Source: an uncultured Chthonomonadaceae bacterium (GTDB lineage Bacteria > Armatimonadota > Chthonomonadetes > Chthonomonadales > CAJBBX01). From it: a stretch of DNA of 64,000 bases. The notes under the pieces were generated by a model. That model searched no databases, had not been told where the DNA came from, and saw only the letters and a program-made list of their open reading frames with translations. The position numbers were made by a program, and so were the translations under genes. The stretch spans positions 4,203 to 68,202 of the forward strand of contig CAYSDM010000012.1 of assembly GCA_964429855.1 (NCBI GenBank), written 5' to 3'. Shown piece after piece: positions 29,115 through 38,373 of this stretch. The stretch's first letter is position 1. The number at the start of each line of letters is the position of its first letter.

Positions 29115-30173
29115 ATGCCGAAGGAGACCATGACGCCGCGCGAACGATGGCAGGTGGTGCTGCGGCGCGAGAAGCCGGATCGCGTGCCGATGGACTACTG
29201 GGCTACTGGCGAAGCGAATGAGAAACTGATGAAGCATCTGGGCTGTTCGGACATCCGGGAGATGTACCGGCGGCTGCATATAGATCGTCCGGTGGGCGTT
29301 GGACCGCGCTACGTGGGACCGACCCCGCCGCCAGGGGAGGATATATGGGGGATGCGCCACCGGCAGATTCAGTACGAAACCGGCGTCTATACCGAGTGCA
29401 TTCACCATCCTCTGGCGCATTTTCAGTCGGTGGAGGAGATCGAGGCAAACTATCGGTGGCCCCTGCCCGACTGGTGGGACTATTCGGAGATTCCGGCGCA
29501 GATCAAAGGATGGGAAGACTATCCGATTCAGGGCGGCGGCTCGGAGCCTTTCCTGCACTACTGTCAGCTTCGCGGACTGGAGCAGGGGATGATGGACCTG
29601 GCGCTGAACCCGGAGATGGTTCACTATGCGCTGGATAAGCTGTTCCATCTCGCCTATGAGAACACGCGCCGCATCTACGAGCAGATTCCGGGGAAGGTGC
29701 TGCTCTCCTATGTGGCGGAGGATATGGGGTCGCAGGAGAGCCTGCTCTTTTCTGTCAAACAGATCAAGGAGTTCCTGCTGCCCGGCATGAAGCGGATGAT
29801 GGATCTGGCGCACGAGGCGGGAGTCTATGTCTTCCATCACAGCGACGGGGCGATCCGCCCAATCCTGCCGACGATGATCGAAGCCGGGATTGACGTGCTG
29901 AATCCGATTCAGTGGCGGTGCAAAGGGATGGAGCGCGAGGGGCTGAAGCGCGATTTCGGCGATCAGGTAGTCTTTCACGGCGGCGTAGATAACCAGTATA
30001 CGCTGGCGCGCGGGACGGTTGAGGAGGTGCGGCAGGAGGTCGAAGACAACCTGCGGATACTGGGCGCGGGCGGCGGCTATATGATTGCGCCCTGCCACAA
30101 TATTCAGGCGGTCAGCCCGCCGGAAAATATCGTTGCGATGTATGAGACCGGATACGCCCTCGGCTGGCAGTAA
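29115..30173 (+). CDS. uroporphyrinogen decarboxylase (URO-D) family protein, paralog of upstream gene
   Basis: MTPRERWQVVLRREKPDRVPMD... and DVLNPIQW...GGYMIAPCHNIQAVSPPENIVAMY. Co-linear with the 27866 gene at protein level. GAGGAG lies 4 nt upstream. Confidence 0.8.
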   Translation: MPKETMTPRERWQVVLRREKPDRVPMDYWATGEANEKLMKHLGCSDIREMYRRLHIDRPVGVGPRYVGPTPPPGEDIWGMRHRQIQYETGVYTECIHHPLAHFQSVEEIEANYRWPLPDWWDYSEIPAQIKGWEDYPIQGGGSEPFLHYCQLRGLEQGMMDLALNPEMVHYALDKLFHLAYENTRRIYEQIPGKVLLSYVAEDMGSQESLLFSVKQIKEFLLPGMKRMMDLAHEAGVYVFHHSDGAIRPILPTMIEAGIDVLNPIQWRCKGMEREGLKRDFGDQVVFHGGVDNQYTLARGTVEEVRQEVEDNLRILGAGGGYMIAPCHNIQAVSPPENIVAMYETGYALGWQ

Positions 30174-30196
30174 CCGGTGAGGAAAGGGAGACGGGA

Positions 30197-33100
30197 ATGA
30201 GTCGCAGCAGGATACTGCTCTGGGTAGTTGCCGGAATGCTCTGGGCTTCGGTGTGTGGGGCGCAGAGCGCGCTGGATGCCGGTTTCCGCACGCCTCCCGG
30301 TTCGGCGCACCCGCATACCTGGTGGCACTGGGTGAACGGCAACATTACCCGCGAGGGCATCACCGCCGACCTGGAGGCGATGAAACGCGCCGGGATCGGA
30401 GGCGCGCAGATTTTTAACGTGGACTGCGGGCTGCCCGCCGGTCCGGTTCTTTTTATGAGTCCGGAGTGGCGCGCGCTGATCACGCACGCCGTGAAAGAGG
30501 CGGATCGGCTCGGAATTGAACTGTGCATTCATAACTGTGCGGGCTGGTCGAGCAGCGGCGGTCCCTGGATCACGCCGGAACACTCGATGCAGATACTGAC
30601 CTGGAGTGAAACAACGGCGCGCGGTCCGCAGAAGTTCGCCGCGCCGCTCCCGCAGCCCCCGTCGCGCATGAACTACTATCGCGATATCGCCGTGCTGGCG
30701 TTTCGCACGCCGTCCGGCGAGACGGCGGAGCGGAAGCTGCGCCTCTCGCAGGTCAACGTCAAGGCGGCGTTCGAGCGCGGCGACCGCATCCTGCCCGACC
30801 TCTCCCCGACCCCGCCCGATCTGGCGATCCCGCGCGCGGGCGTGATGAATCTCACTCCGCAGATGGATGCAGAAGGACGTCTGACATGGGACGTGCCGGA
30901 AGGGGAGTGGACCGTTCTGCGCCTGGGGCATACGACGACCGGGAAAGATAATCATCCCTCTATTCCCGAAGGGCGCGGGCTGGAGTGCGACAAGATGAGC
31001 CGGGAGGCGATGGATCGGCACTGGTCCGGCATGATGGCGACCGTCCTTCGCGATCTGGGACCGCTGGCGGGGCGCGTGCTCAATAACGCGCTGATAGACA
31101 GCTATGAGGTGGGAAGCCAGAACTGGACGCCGAAGTTTCGCGAGGAGTTTCGGCGGAGGCGCGGCTACGATCCGCTGCCGTTTATGCCGGTGGTTAGCGG
31201 GCGCGTGGTGGACAGTCTCGCGGTCAGCGAGCGATTTCTGTGGGACTTTCGGCGCACCATCTCCGACCTGTTTGCCGATAACTACTTCGCCTACTTCGGG
31301 GAGTTGTGCCGGAAGCAGGGGATGCTCTTCTCCGTGGAGCCCTACGGCAACGGCTCTTTCGACAATATTCAGAGCGGCGGGCTGGCGGATATTCCGATGG
31401 GCGAGTTCTGGGTGGGCGGAGCCGCGATTGAGACAACCAAGCTCGCCTCCTCCATCGCGCACACGCACGGGCGAAAGCATGTCGGGGCAGAATCCTTCAC
31501 AGCGGACGATACGCGCGGACGCTGGCTGGTAGACCCGTACTCCATCAAGGCGCTGGGGGATTTGGCGTTCTGCAACGGCGTCAACCGCTATATCTTCCAT
31601 CGCTACGCCCATCAGCCCTGGACAGACCTCTATCCTGGCCTGACGATGGGACCGTGGGGAATGCATCTGGAGCGCACCGTCACCTGGTGGCATCAGGGCG
31701 CGGCATGGCTGCGTTATGTGGCGCGCTGTCAGTATCTCCTGCAGTCGGGTCTTTTTGTCGCCGACGCCTGCTACTTCTACGGGGACTCCGGTCCCAACGA
31801 CCTGCTCTATCGCAACGCCCTGCGTCCGGAACTGCCCAACGGCTACGACTACGACGGATGCGATGCGGCGACTCTGCGGCGCATGAAGGTGAAAAACGGG
31901 CGGATCGTTCTGCCGGACGGCATGAGCTACCGCGTGCTGATCCTGCCGGAGACGACCTTTATGACCCCGGCGACCCTGCGCGCAATCCGTCGGCTGGCGC
32001 AGGAGGGCGCGACGATCCTCGGACCAAAACCCACGCACTCGCCGAGCCTGTCGGACTACCCCCGTTGCGATGACGAGGTGAGAAGGCTGGCGGACGAGGT
32101 CTGGGGAGACTGCGACGGCAAGACGGTGAAGGAGCGGCGATTCGGCAAGGGACGCATTCTCTGGGGAAAGCCGCTGCAGACCGTCTTCTCGGAGAGGGGC
32201 GTTTCGCCCGACTTCTCCTATCGCAGCGGCTCCCGCGAGACCCGGCTGATCTACATTCACCGCATGGCGAACGGCGCGGATATTTACTTCGTGTCGAACC
32301 AGCGCTACCGCAATGAGACGGCGGACGCGATCTTCCGGGTGCAGGGACGGCAGCCAGAACTCTGGAACCCGATGACCGGGGAGATACAGCCCGCGCCGGT
32401 CTTCCGACAGGAGCAGGGGCGCACAGTGGTGCCACTCACCCTGGAACCGGCAGGCTCCGTCTTTGTGGTCTTCCGTAAGCCGCTGCGTGATTCCGATCAT
32501 CTGACGCAGTTGACCCGTTCCGGTCCGAAGCCGCCGCCGGGGACTCGCATACTGGTGGAGATTCGGCGCGCCTTCTATGGCGCGGCGGACGGACGGGGCG
32601 CGGATGTGACCGAGAAGGTTGCCGGGATGGTCGCCGATGGAGTCTATGCGATTCCCGCAACTAACGCCGCTTTCGGCGACCCGGTGGTGAATGTTGTCAA
32701 GCAGTTAACCGTCGAGTATCTGCTGAACGGTAAGGAGAAGCGGCAGGTTGTCCCTGAAAACGAGACGATGGAACTGGCGGAATCGCGTGACCCGATCTCC
32801 TATCCGGCGTTTGAGGTGATGACGGATCGAAGCGGCGCTGCCATTCTGCTGCCCTGGCAGGCAGGCGTCTATCAGGCGCGCACGGCGAAGGGCAAGATGT
32901 GGAAGGCGGAGGTTCGGGATTCCGCCCGCCCGCTGACGCTCACCAACGCCTGGCGGCTGCGTTTCCCGACCGGAAAAGGCGCGCCGTCAGAGATTCGCCT
33001 GAGTCGCCTGCTCTCCTGGACGGAACATGAACAGCCCGGCGTGCGCTACTTCTCCGGCACAGCGGAGTACACGACGACCTTCACCGTTCCGGCGGCGATG

Positions 33101-33502
33101 CTGTCCGGGAAGCGGGTGGTATCGCTCGATTTGGGGCGGGTGAAAAACTTCGCCGAAGTCCAGGTGAACGGGCGCAGTCTGGGCGTCCTGTGGAAGGAGC
33201 CGTTCCGTCTGGATGTGACCGGGCTGGTGAAATCCGGACCGAACAGGCTGACGGTGCGCGTAACCAATCTGTGGCCCAACCGCCTGATCGGGGACGCGCA
33301 GCAGCCGGAAGAGGTGGAGTGGAGCGGCGACGCGATCAGAAAGTGGCCCGACTGGGTCTGGAAGGGCGCGCCGCGTCCTGCGACCACGCGCCTGACCTTC
33401 ACGACCTGGCGATTCTATCGCAAAGATTCGCCGCTGCTGGAATCAGGGCTTCTCGGACCGGTGACGCTTCGCTCCGCGCCGAAGATCGTTCTGAAGAGGT
33501 GA
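30197..33502 (+). CDS. large secreted glycoside hydrolase (GH106 alpha-L-rhamnosidase-like / GH2 sugar-binding-domain type)
   Basis: Signal peptide MSRSRILLWVVAGMLWASVCGAQS. The opening FRTPPGSAHPHTWWHWVNGNITREGITADLEAMKRAGIGGAQIF and the ~1100-aa size match what I recall of the GH106-type family. The assignment is from memory only. Confidence 0.7.
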   Translation: MSRSRILLWVVAGMLWASVCGAQSALDAGFRTPPGSAHPHTWWHWVNGNITREGITADLEAMKRAGIGGAQIFNVDCGLPAGPVLFMSPEWRALITHAVKEADRLGIELCIHNCAGWSSSGGPWITPEHSMQILTWSETTARGPQKFAAPLPQPPSRMNYYRDIAVLAFRTPSGETAERKLRLSQVNVKAAFERGDRILPDLSPTPPDLAIPRAGVMNLTPQMDAEGRLTWDVPEGEWTVLRLGHTTTGKDNHPSIPEGRGLECDKMSREAMDRHWSGMMATVLRDLGPLAGRVLNNALIDSYEVGSQNWTPKFREEFRRRRGYDPLPFMPVVSGRVVDSLAVSERFLWDFRRTISDLFADNYFAYFGELCRKQGMLFSVEPYGNGSFDNIQSGGLADIPMGEFWVGGAAIETTKLASSIAHTHGRKHVGAESFTADDTRGRWLVDPYSIKALGDLAFCNGVNRYIFHRYAHQPWTDLYPGLTMGPWGMHLERTVTWWHQGAAWLRYVARCQYLLQSGLFVADACYFYGDSGPNDLLYRNALRPELPNGYDYDGCDAATLRRMKVKNGRIVLPDGMSYRVLILPETTFMTPATLRAIRRLAQEGATILGPKPTHSPSLSDYPRCDDEVRRLADEVWGDCDGKTVKERRFGKGRILWGKPLQTVFSERGVSPDFSYRSGSRETRLIYIHRMANGADIYFVSNQRYRNETADAIFRVQGRQPELWNPMTGEIQPAPVFRQEQGRTVVPLTLEPAGSVFVVFRKPLRDSDHLTQLTRSGPKPPPGTRILVEIRRAFYGAADGRGADVTEKVAGMVADGVYAIPATNAAFGDPVVNVVKQLTVEYLLNGKEKRQVVPENETMELAESRDPISYPAFEVMTDRSGAAILLPWQAGVYQARTAKGKMWKAEVRDSARPLTLTNAWRLRFPTGKGAPSEIRLSRLLSWTEHEQPGVRYFSGTAEYTTTFTVPAAMLSGKRVVSLDLGRVKNFAEVQVNGRSLGVLWKEPFRLDVTGLVKSGPNRLTVRVTNLWPNRLIGDAQQPEEVEWSGDAIRKWPDWVWKGAPRPATTRLTFTTWRFYRKDSPLLESGLLGPVTLRSAPKIVLKR

Positions 33503-33509
33503 AGCTCCC

Positions 33510-36017
33510 ATGCGCTGCACACAGTGGAAGTTGTTCTGGACTGTTTTCGCGCTCAGTGCCCAGTCGGTCTGCCTGCCCGCCTCTATCCAGGCGCAGAGCG
33601 CCTCTCTCTCGCTGCGCGCCGAAAATCGGATGGCGAAGGGGTGGGGCGCGGGCGGCTGGGGAAACTATCGGTTCACGCTGAAGAATCCGACCGATCGAGA
33701 GGCGTTCATCGTGAAGTGGACTGCCCGCTGGGAGGTGAAGGGCAAGCCGTTCGGGGATGCGTGGGGCGGGGAGGTGAACGAACCGCTGCCCCCCGGCAAA
33801 GAGTGGATGCGCGAGGAGGCGGGACTGCTGCCGGAGGAGGTGGCGCGCGCGGCAAAGCCGGAGAAGCCGGTGATGGCGGGAACCTTCACGCTGCGTCAGG
33901 GAGAGCGCGTCCTGGAACTGCCCTATCGTCTGGAGATTCCGGAGGCAACGCTGCCGGAGCCGTTGAAGCTGGTGAAGGGGAAGACGGTCGGGATGAGCCT
34001 GATGGAGTCTCGCTATCGCTCCTTCAAACATCTGGATCGCGCCTTGCGCTGGATAGATCAGTGTTATTCCGCCATGATCGAGATGACCGGAGAGAAGCCG
34101 TTCAACGGCAGGCGGATGGTCTTTCGAGAAGCCCCCGCGCATCCCTGGTGGGCTTACGCCGGACAGGAGATGATTCTCAATACCGACTATGTCGGCTCCA
34201 CGCTCAGGGAGTTCGACGAGGGGCTGATCTCCTTCGGCTGGGTGCATGAGGTCGGGCATAACTTCGACGAGAAACTGGGGAAGTGGTATATCTGGAACGG
34301 ACCTTCGGCGGAATGGCAGGCGAACTTCAAGCTGGCTTACGCCTTCGAGACGATTCCCGATCAGTCTTACCGCATTCGCTGGACCTTTCAGGCTCCCGGC
34401 TTTCCGGCTCCAGACCGCAATATCCGTCTGCGCGGCGTAGAACTGGTGGAGCGATTCTTCCTGATGTTCGGCGATGCCTATCTTGCCGACCCGTCGCGAA
34501 AGTGGGAGACGCTCTCCTCCGACGAGATGCACAGCCTCTTTCAGCGGCTTCAGCGTGTCTACGGCTGGGAGATCTTCAAAAATTGGTATCGCGCCTACCG
34601 TCGGCTGGAAGATGCCGGGATGAAGCCTCCGGAGCAGGCAGAAGAGAAGGTGAGCCTGATCGTCGCGATCCTGAGCGCAGAGGCAAAGACCGATCTGATC
34701 CCTGTGTTTCAGCGGTGGCGTTTTCCGGTCACCCCGGAGAGCGTGCAGGCCATGCGCGACCGCTACCGGATCGGCGAACGAACCGCCTCCGGGACGGAGA
34801 TAGCGGCGGAGGACGCGGCCGGACTCTATGAGCGTACCGGCGCGCCGATGGACTGCGCGATTCTCTTGCCGGAAACGCTGCGGCGCGCGGCGGTGCAGGG
34901 AGGTCTGTTTTTGCGGGAGGAGGGCAGCGCGCAGCGAATCCCGGCGCAGTACGATCCCGGCGCAGGCAGGCTCTACTGGCTGATGTCTGCTGGAAAGGCG
35001 GGACGCCGCGCGCTGCGACTGGTGGAATCGTCTCCGGCGGAGCCGCTCCTGCGCGCCGCGATAGACGCCTCCAGCGGGCAGGCGATGGTAACAGAGGCGG
35101 GACGCCCGGTTCTCCGTTATAACTTCCAGACCCTCTCTCCCGGCGAACTCCTGACTTCCATCTCCGAAGCGAACCGCATCTACGCCCGCCCTCGCAGCGA
35201 CTATATTCATCCGCTCTACGGTCTGGATGGGGAGGAGTTGACGAAAGACTGGTCGCTCGATCATCCGCACCATCGCGGCATCTACTGGGCATGGCCCGAG
35301 GTGGACTTTCGCGGAGAGCGCGGCGACCTGCATGCGCTTCAGCGAGTCTTCGCCCGTCCGATCGGTGAATGCAGACTGCAGAGCGGATCGGTCTACGCGC
35401 AGATCGAGGCGGAAAACCGCTGGATGTGGGAAGAGCGCACTCCGATCGTCCGGGAACGGGCCGTCATTCGGGTCTATCGCGCCACGCCACAGGGACGCTG
35501 TATTGACCTGACGCTGCATTTTACGGCGCTGGAGGAGGATGTCTCCCTTGCCCGGCGCGGAACCGACCTGTACGGCGGCTTGAACGTCCGGCTCTCGGCC
35601 GTGCAGGAGCAGCAGATTCAGTTCTACACCGATCCGCCTGGCGTCTATCCTCGCAAAGCCTTTGCGACGCTTCGGGGGAGGTTTGCGGGCGCAGGTCAGA
35701 CCGTTGCGAGGTTTGCGGGCGCAGGTCAGACCGTTGCGCTGACCATTCTCCAGCATCGCGCCAATCCGGACTACCCCGGCGACTGGGTACAGTATCCGGA
35801 ACTGAACTGGTTTCAGCCGACCTTCCCGGCTTCCGGCACGCGCTGGACGCTGAAGAAGGGGCAGACCCTCACGCTGCGATATCGGCTCTGGATCGCGCGC
35901 ACTGAGCAGGTGGACGCCGCGCTCTGCGCCGACCAGTGGCGCGTCTACAACGATCTTTCCCTCATATCCGGTGGTGATGTAAGCCGTATTCAGACCATGC
36001 ACAGAGGAAAACGATGA
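33510..36017 (+). CDS. secreted fusion protein: M60-like (enhancin-type) zinc peptidase domain plus DUF6807/PmoA-family domain
   Basis: Signal peptide ending SIQAQS. HExxH motif is WVHEVGHNFD. The C-terminal half has YIHPLYGLDGEELT...LDHPHHRGIYWAW and LQHRANPDYPGDW, typical of the DUF6807/PmoA family. Confidence 0.75.
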   Translation: MRCTQWKLFWTVFALSAQSVCLPASIQAQSASLSLRAENRMAKGWGAGGWGNYRFTLKNPTDREAFIVKWTARWEVKGKPFGDAWGGEVNEPLPPGKEWMREEAGLLPEEVARAAKPEKPVMAGTFTLRQGERVLELPYRLEIPEATLPEPLKLVKGKTVGMSLMESRYRSFKHLDRALRWIDQCYSAMIEMTGEKPFNGRRMVFREAPAHPWWAYAGQEMILNTDYVGSTLREFDEGLISFGWVHEVGHNFDEKLGKWYIWNGPSAEWQANFKLAYAFETIPDQSYRIRWTFQAPGFPAPDRNIRLRGVELVERFFLMFGDAYLADPSRKWETLSSDEMHSLFQRLQRVYGWEIFKNWYRAYRRLEDAGMKPPEQAEEKVSLIVAILSAEAKTDLIPVFQRWRFPVTPESVQAMRDRYRIGERTASGTEIAAEDAAGLYERTGAPMDCAILLPETLRRAAVQGGLFLREEGSAQRIPAQYDPGAGRLYWLMSAGKAGRRALRLVESSPAEPLLRAAIDASSGQAMVTEAGRPVLRYNFQTLSPGELLTSISEANRIYARPRSDYIHPLYGLDGEELTKDWSLDHPHHRGIYWAWPEVDFRGERGDLHALQRVFARPIGECRLQSGSVYAQIEAENRWMWEERTPIVRERAVIRVYRATPQGRCIDLTLHFTALEEDVSLARRGTDLYGGLNVRLSAVQEQQIQFYTDPPGVYPRKAFATLRGRFAGAGQTVARFAGAGQTVALTILQHRANPDYPGDWVQYPELNWFQPTFPASGTRWTLKKGQTLTLRYRLWIARTEQVDAALCADQWRVYNDLSLISGGDVSRIQTMHRGKR
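35678..35737 (+). repeat. perfect 30-bp tandem duplication inside CDS
   Basis: gaggtttgcgggcgcaggtcagaccgttgc occurs at 35678-35707 and again, identical, at 35708-35737. It is in frame and gives RFAGAGQTVA twice. Confidence 0.95.
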
Positions 36018-37372
36018 AAGCCAAAACCTGTACCGATCCGCCTTCTCGTCGTCAGTTTCTTCAGTCGGCTGCCGCCGCTGTTGTTTTACCGGAGATCATT
36101 CCTGCTGGAGCGCTGGGGCGGGAAGGCGCGCCGCCGCCCTCCGAACGGATACAACTGGGCGTTATCGGGGTCAATGGGATGGGGCGCGCCAACCTGCAAA
36201 ACTGCGCGCAGTACCCCGATGTGGTTGTGACGGCGGTCTGCGATGTCTATCAGGCGCGGCTGGATGCCGCGCTGGAGCCGCATAAGTCCACCGCAAAGGG
36301 CTATCGGGACTATCGAGAGCTTCTGGCGCGTAAAGATGTGGATGCGGTGATCATTGCGACGCCCCCGCACTGGCACGCGCTGATGGCGATTCATGCGGCG
36401 GAGGCGAAAAAGGACATCTACCTTCAAAAGCCGATGACGCTCTATCCCGAAGAGACGCTGGCGGTGCGCAACGCCGTCAACCGCCACGGGGTGATCAGCC
36501 AGATCGGCACACAGATACACGCCTCCGCCAACTACCGACGGGTGGTGGAGTGGGTTCGCTCCGGCAAACTGGGACCGATCAACACCGTCCGCACCTTCAA
36601 CGTGATGAACCAGGGACCCAACGGGATAGGACATGCGCCGAATGAGCCGCCGCCGGAAGGTCTGGACTGGGAGATGTGGCTGGGACCTGCGCCAAAACGC
36701 GCCTTCAACCGTCTGCTCTTCGCTGACGCCTACTATCACGGCTCCTTCTGGGACTACTCTGGCGGGTGGACACCCGGCATGGCGCCCCATATTATTGATC
36801 TGCCGGTCTGGGCGCTAGATCTGGGCGTTCCGACGCTGACAAGCTGCTCCGGCGGGCGGCTGGTTGTCCGGGACGACGGGGACGCCCCCGACACGCAGGA
36901 GGTGCTGTGGCAGTATCCGGGCGTGACGATGACCTGGATGATGAGTCTGTGTAACAGCTTCGGGTTCGACTTCGGTCGCGGAACGCCCTCGCGACGCCTC
37001 GGCATCTACCTTCACGGCATGAACGGAACGCTGATCGCCGACTATGGTCGCTGCGAGGTGGTGCCGGAAGGCGATATGCTCAAAGACGCCTCGCCGCCGC
37101 CGCCCTCCATCCCGCCGTCGCCCGGTCATGAGCGGGAGTGGCTGGACTGCATTAAGTCGAGGCAGCAGCCCTCCTGCAGCGTCAACTATCACTATCGGGT
37201 GGATATGGCGATCACGCTGGCAAACCTCTCCTATAGACTGGGACGCTCCCTGCGCTTCGATCCGAAGACAGAGCGAATTACTGGCGATGCACAGGCTGCG
37301 CGCATGGCGCGTCCAGTCTACCGCTCCCCCTGGAAGTTTCCGGAGGAGTATCTGAAACAGCAGAAAAGCTGA
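36014..37372 (+). CDS. TAT-exported Gfo/Idh/MocA family oxidoreductase
   Basis: Twin-arginine SRRQFLQSAAAAVV. Rossmann motif LGVIGVNGMGRANL. Core motif KDIYLQKP. ATGA overlap with the upstream stop (36014-36017). Confidence 0.9.
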   Translation: MKAKTCTDPPSRRQFLQSAAAAVVLPEIIPAGALGREGAPPPSERIQLGVIGVNGMGRANLQNCAQYPDVVVTAVCDVYQARLDAALEPHKSTAKGYRDYRELLARKDVDAVIIATPPHWHALMAIHAAEAKKDIYLQKPMTLYPEETLAVRNAVNRHGVISQIGTQIHASANYRRVVEWVRSGKLGPINTVRTFNVMNQGPNGIGHAPNEPPPEGLDWEMWLGPAPKRAFNRLLFADAYYHGSFWDYSGGWTPGMAPHIIDLPVWALDLGVPTLTSCSGGRLVVRDDGDAPDTQEVLWQYPGVTMTWMMSLCNSFGFDFGRGTPSRRLGIYLHGMNGTLIADYGRCEVVPEGDMLKDASPPPPSIPPSPGHEREWLDCIKSRQQPSCSVNYHYRVDMAITLANLSYRLGRSLRFDPKTERITGDAQAARMARPVYRSPWKFPEEYLKQQKS

Positions 37373-37399
37373 TACAAGACGGTATCTCGGGCGGCGCGC

Positions 37400-38275
37400 T
37401 CAGAGTAGCTGCGCCGCCATCGCCTCTATCTCCTCGAAACGCTCCTCCGCCAGCAGCTGTCCGTAGTGTACCAGACCGCGCTCCCCGATCAAGCCCCAGG
37501 AGTGCCAGGGATGGCGTGTGCGCCATCCGGTCACCTGCGCGGTGATGAGGGCGCGCTCTGCGCGGACAAAGTCGGCGCGTTTTGCGGCGTCCCATCCGGG
37601 CATGGCGCGCGCCAGAATCGCCAGACGCTCCACGATCCGGTCCGCGTATCGCCTGCCAAGCTCCGGCGATGCACCTTTCTCGATAGCGTCCGTTGCTCCA
37701 TACTCCGCATCGTCGCGGATACGCCCGATATCCACCAGTTCCGGGATCAGATGCCACAGCAGAGACGTTTCGCCGATCCCCGCATGGTCTCCCAGATAGC
37801 CCGCATCATGCGCCAGCCAGTACTCTGGCGTGCCAAGCACCGGAATCTGCAGCCGCTCTGTCATGCGCGTCCCGACCTCGCGCACCACGATCTGCTGATT
37901 ATGCCCGTAGTGTCCGGTCAGCATCAGAATGGCGCGAAATCCCTGCCGGTGAAACTCATAGCATAACTGTTCCAGCCAGGGGCGCAGAAGGTGATTCTCC
38001 CAGGCGTTTTCCCCCTCCATCACCACCGTCGCGGGTCTATCCAGACCGCCCATTCCCCCGTAGACCGGCGGATGAACCACCCCGCCGCCCGCTTTTTCTG
38101 CAGCCTGCACGCAGAGCGCGTGCGCTTTCAGGCTGTCCAGACCCAGCGCGTTGTGTTCGCCGTGCCACTCCACCGTCCCCAGCGGCAGAAAGACGGTTGG
38201 AAGGGCGGCGACCGCCTCGCGAAACTCTGCCGGAAGCATACGCTCCCATTGAATACGCTCTTTGAGCGGACTCAT
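37400..38275 (-). CDS. creatininase (creatinine amidohydrolase) family protein
   Basis: LPLGTVEWHGEHNALGLD and LTGHYGHNQ motifs; 291 aa. Confidence 0.85.
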   Translation of the reverse strand: MSPLKERIQWERMLPAEFREAVAALPTVFLPLGTVEWHGEHNALGLDSLKAHALCVQAAEKAGGGVVHPPVYGGMGGLDRPATVVMEGENAWENHLLRPWLEQLCYEFHRQGFRAILMLTGHYGHNQQIVVREVGTRMTERLQIPVLGTPEYWLAHDAGYLGDHAGIGETSLLWHLIPELVDIGRIRDDAEYGATDAIEKGASPELGRRYADRIVERLAILARAMPGWDAAKRADFVRAERALITAQVTGWRTRHPWHSWGLIGERGLVHYGQLLAEERFEEIEAMAAQLL

Positions 38276-38364
38276 GACAAACCTCCTGCAAGGTGTAAAG
38301 GCATTCAGTTATCGAAGTCACGATAAATAAAATAAAAATTATATGGTAAAAATTTGTGTTTTTG

Positions 38365-38373
38365 TGCTACAAT
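38365..38373 (+). promoter_or_regulatory. extended -10 promoter element in an AT-rich island
   Basis: TGcTACAAT at 38365-38373, inside the strikingly AT-rich stretch at about 38320-38375 (ataaataaaataaaaattatatggtaaaaatttgtg). No good -35 hexamer. About 105 nt upstream of ATG 38479. Confidence 0.45.

Noticed and set aside
35678-35737. Possible minisatellite or CRISPR-like repeat
   Set aside because: There are only two abutting identical units inside a CDS and in frame. This is a simple tandem duplication.
30104-36002. Very long minus-strand ORFs (30104-32500, 798 aa; 33399-36002, 867 aa) lying opposite the plus-strand operon genes
   Set aside because: Their translations are Arg/Pro/Gly/Ala-rich low-complexity strings with no recognisable motifs. 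The plus-strand partners carry clear family signatures, signal peptides and RBSs. These are typical antisense shadow ORFs of GC-rich DNA.
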